From positions 32,001 through 96,000 of the IMG/VR virus record IMGVR_UViG_3300022745_000628: DNA of 64,000 nt. One strand, written 5' to 3'. Positions 63,698 to 64,000 of the stretch are shown piece by piece. The stretch's first letter is position 1, and the number at the start of each line of letters is the position of its first letter. Under the pieces are notes generated by a model that was given only the letters and a program-made list of their open reading frames with translations, did no database searches and was not told the origin of the DNA. This stretch comes from a virus. Position numbers and translations under genes: made by a program.

Positions 63698-64000
63698 ATG
63701 ACTACACAACGATTTCTGCAAGATAATGTCGTCAAAACTAAGCGCGTAGACGTAAGCCTGGCTAATGTCCCGGCGAATACTACCGTCGTACTTACGATGC
63801 CGTCGCACGATATTACACTAAACGCGGCCGAAGACACGTATTTCCCAGAAAACGCTGCGTTGCCGTCCAAGAATGTTTTTGATGCTATTGTCGACTTGTA
63901 CAGTATGGCTGAAAGCGCATTAGCGCGTCCGACTGTCGAAGAGTTTATCTACAGCGCGTCCGGGCAGTTAACACAGCTCAATTACGCGGACGGCAGTACG
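63698..64000 (+). CDS. ORF running off the window end
   Basis: Hand translation MTTQRFLQDNVVKTKRVDV...YSASGQLTQLNYADGST, no stop. Confidence 0.65.
   Translation, partial: MTTQRFLQDNVVKTKRVDVSLANVPANTTVVLTMPSHDITLNAAEDTYFPENAALPSKNVFDAIVDLYSMAESALARPTVEEFIYSASGQLTQLNYADGST

Noticed and set aside
1-64000. Phage-nucleus (chimallin), PhuZ tubulin, terminase, portal, sigma or alpha subunit genes
   Set aside because: No recognisable motifs in this window; absence here says nothing about the rest of the genome.

Overview
All coding is on the + strand except one insertion element, and the window reads as part of a large tailed-phage (jumbo/huge phage-like) genome. No host housekeeping genes, rRNA, tRNA or CRISPR array were seen. 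(1) 1-13 kb is a head-to-tail array of about 44 small (60-125 aa), overlapping, paralogous ORFs sharing an N-terminal [ILV]-N-x-x-M-W-x-[KR]-L motif (33 with a literal MW) and often a second P-x5-[YF]-x-G motif, with hypervariable C-termini. Its 5.0-7.4 kb core has a near-exact 238-nt period. An IS607-family element (serine recombinase + TnpB) sits inside the array and appears to split one member. This array is the strongest candidate for an undescribed system. (2) 13-18.3 kb is an accessory/early region with four copies of a fixed-spacing bipartite motif (CTAAAT-N13-GCGTCATATATAGTG), single-gene terminator/promoter cassettes (NUDIX, hexapeptide-repeat protein) and three highly structured non-coding stretches. 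(3) 18.3-29.8 kb holds membrane/secreted proteins, a stand-alone degenerate Hint protein, two intein-interrupted papain-like peptidases, a thioredoxin and an adjacent gene pair sharing an N/Q/G-rich motif. (4) 30-55.7 kb is a head/transcription module: glycine-zipper proteins rich in K-x-A motifs, a beta/beta'-N fused RNA polymerase subunit with a GADNDGD catalytic loop, a solo tnpB, a beta'-C subunit with two sibling mini-inteins, a prohead protease, a scaffold-like protein and a major capsid protein. (5) 55.8-64 kb holds two paralogous large Tyr/Asp-rich proteins with conserved ends and paralogous small downstream genes. All calls come from reading motifs by eye; no searches were run.
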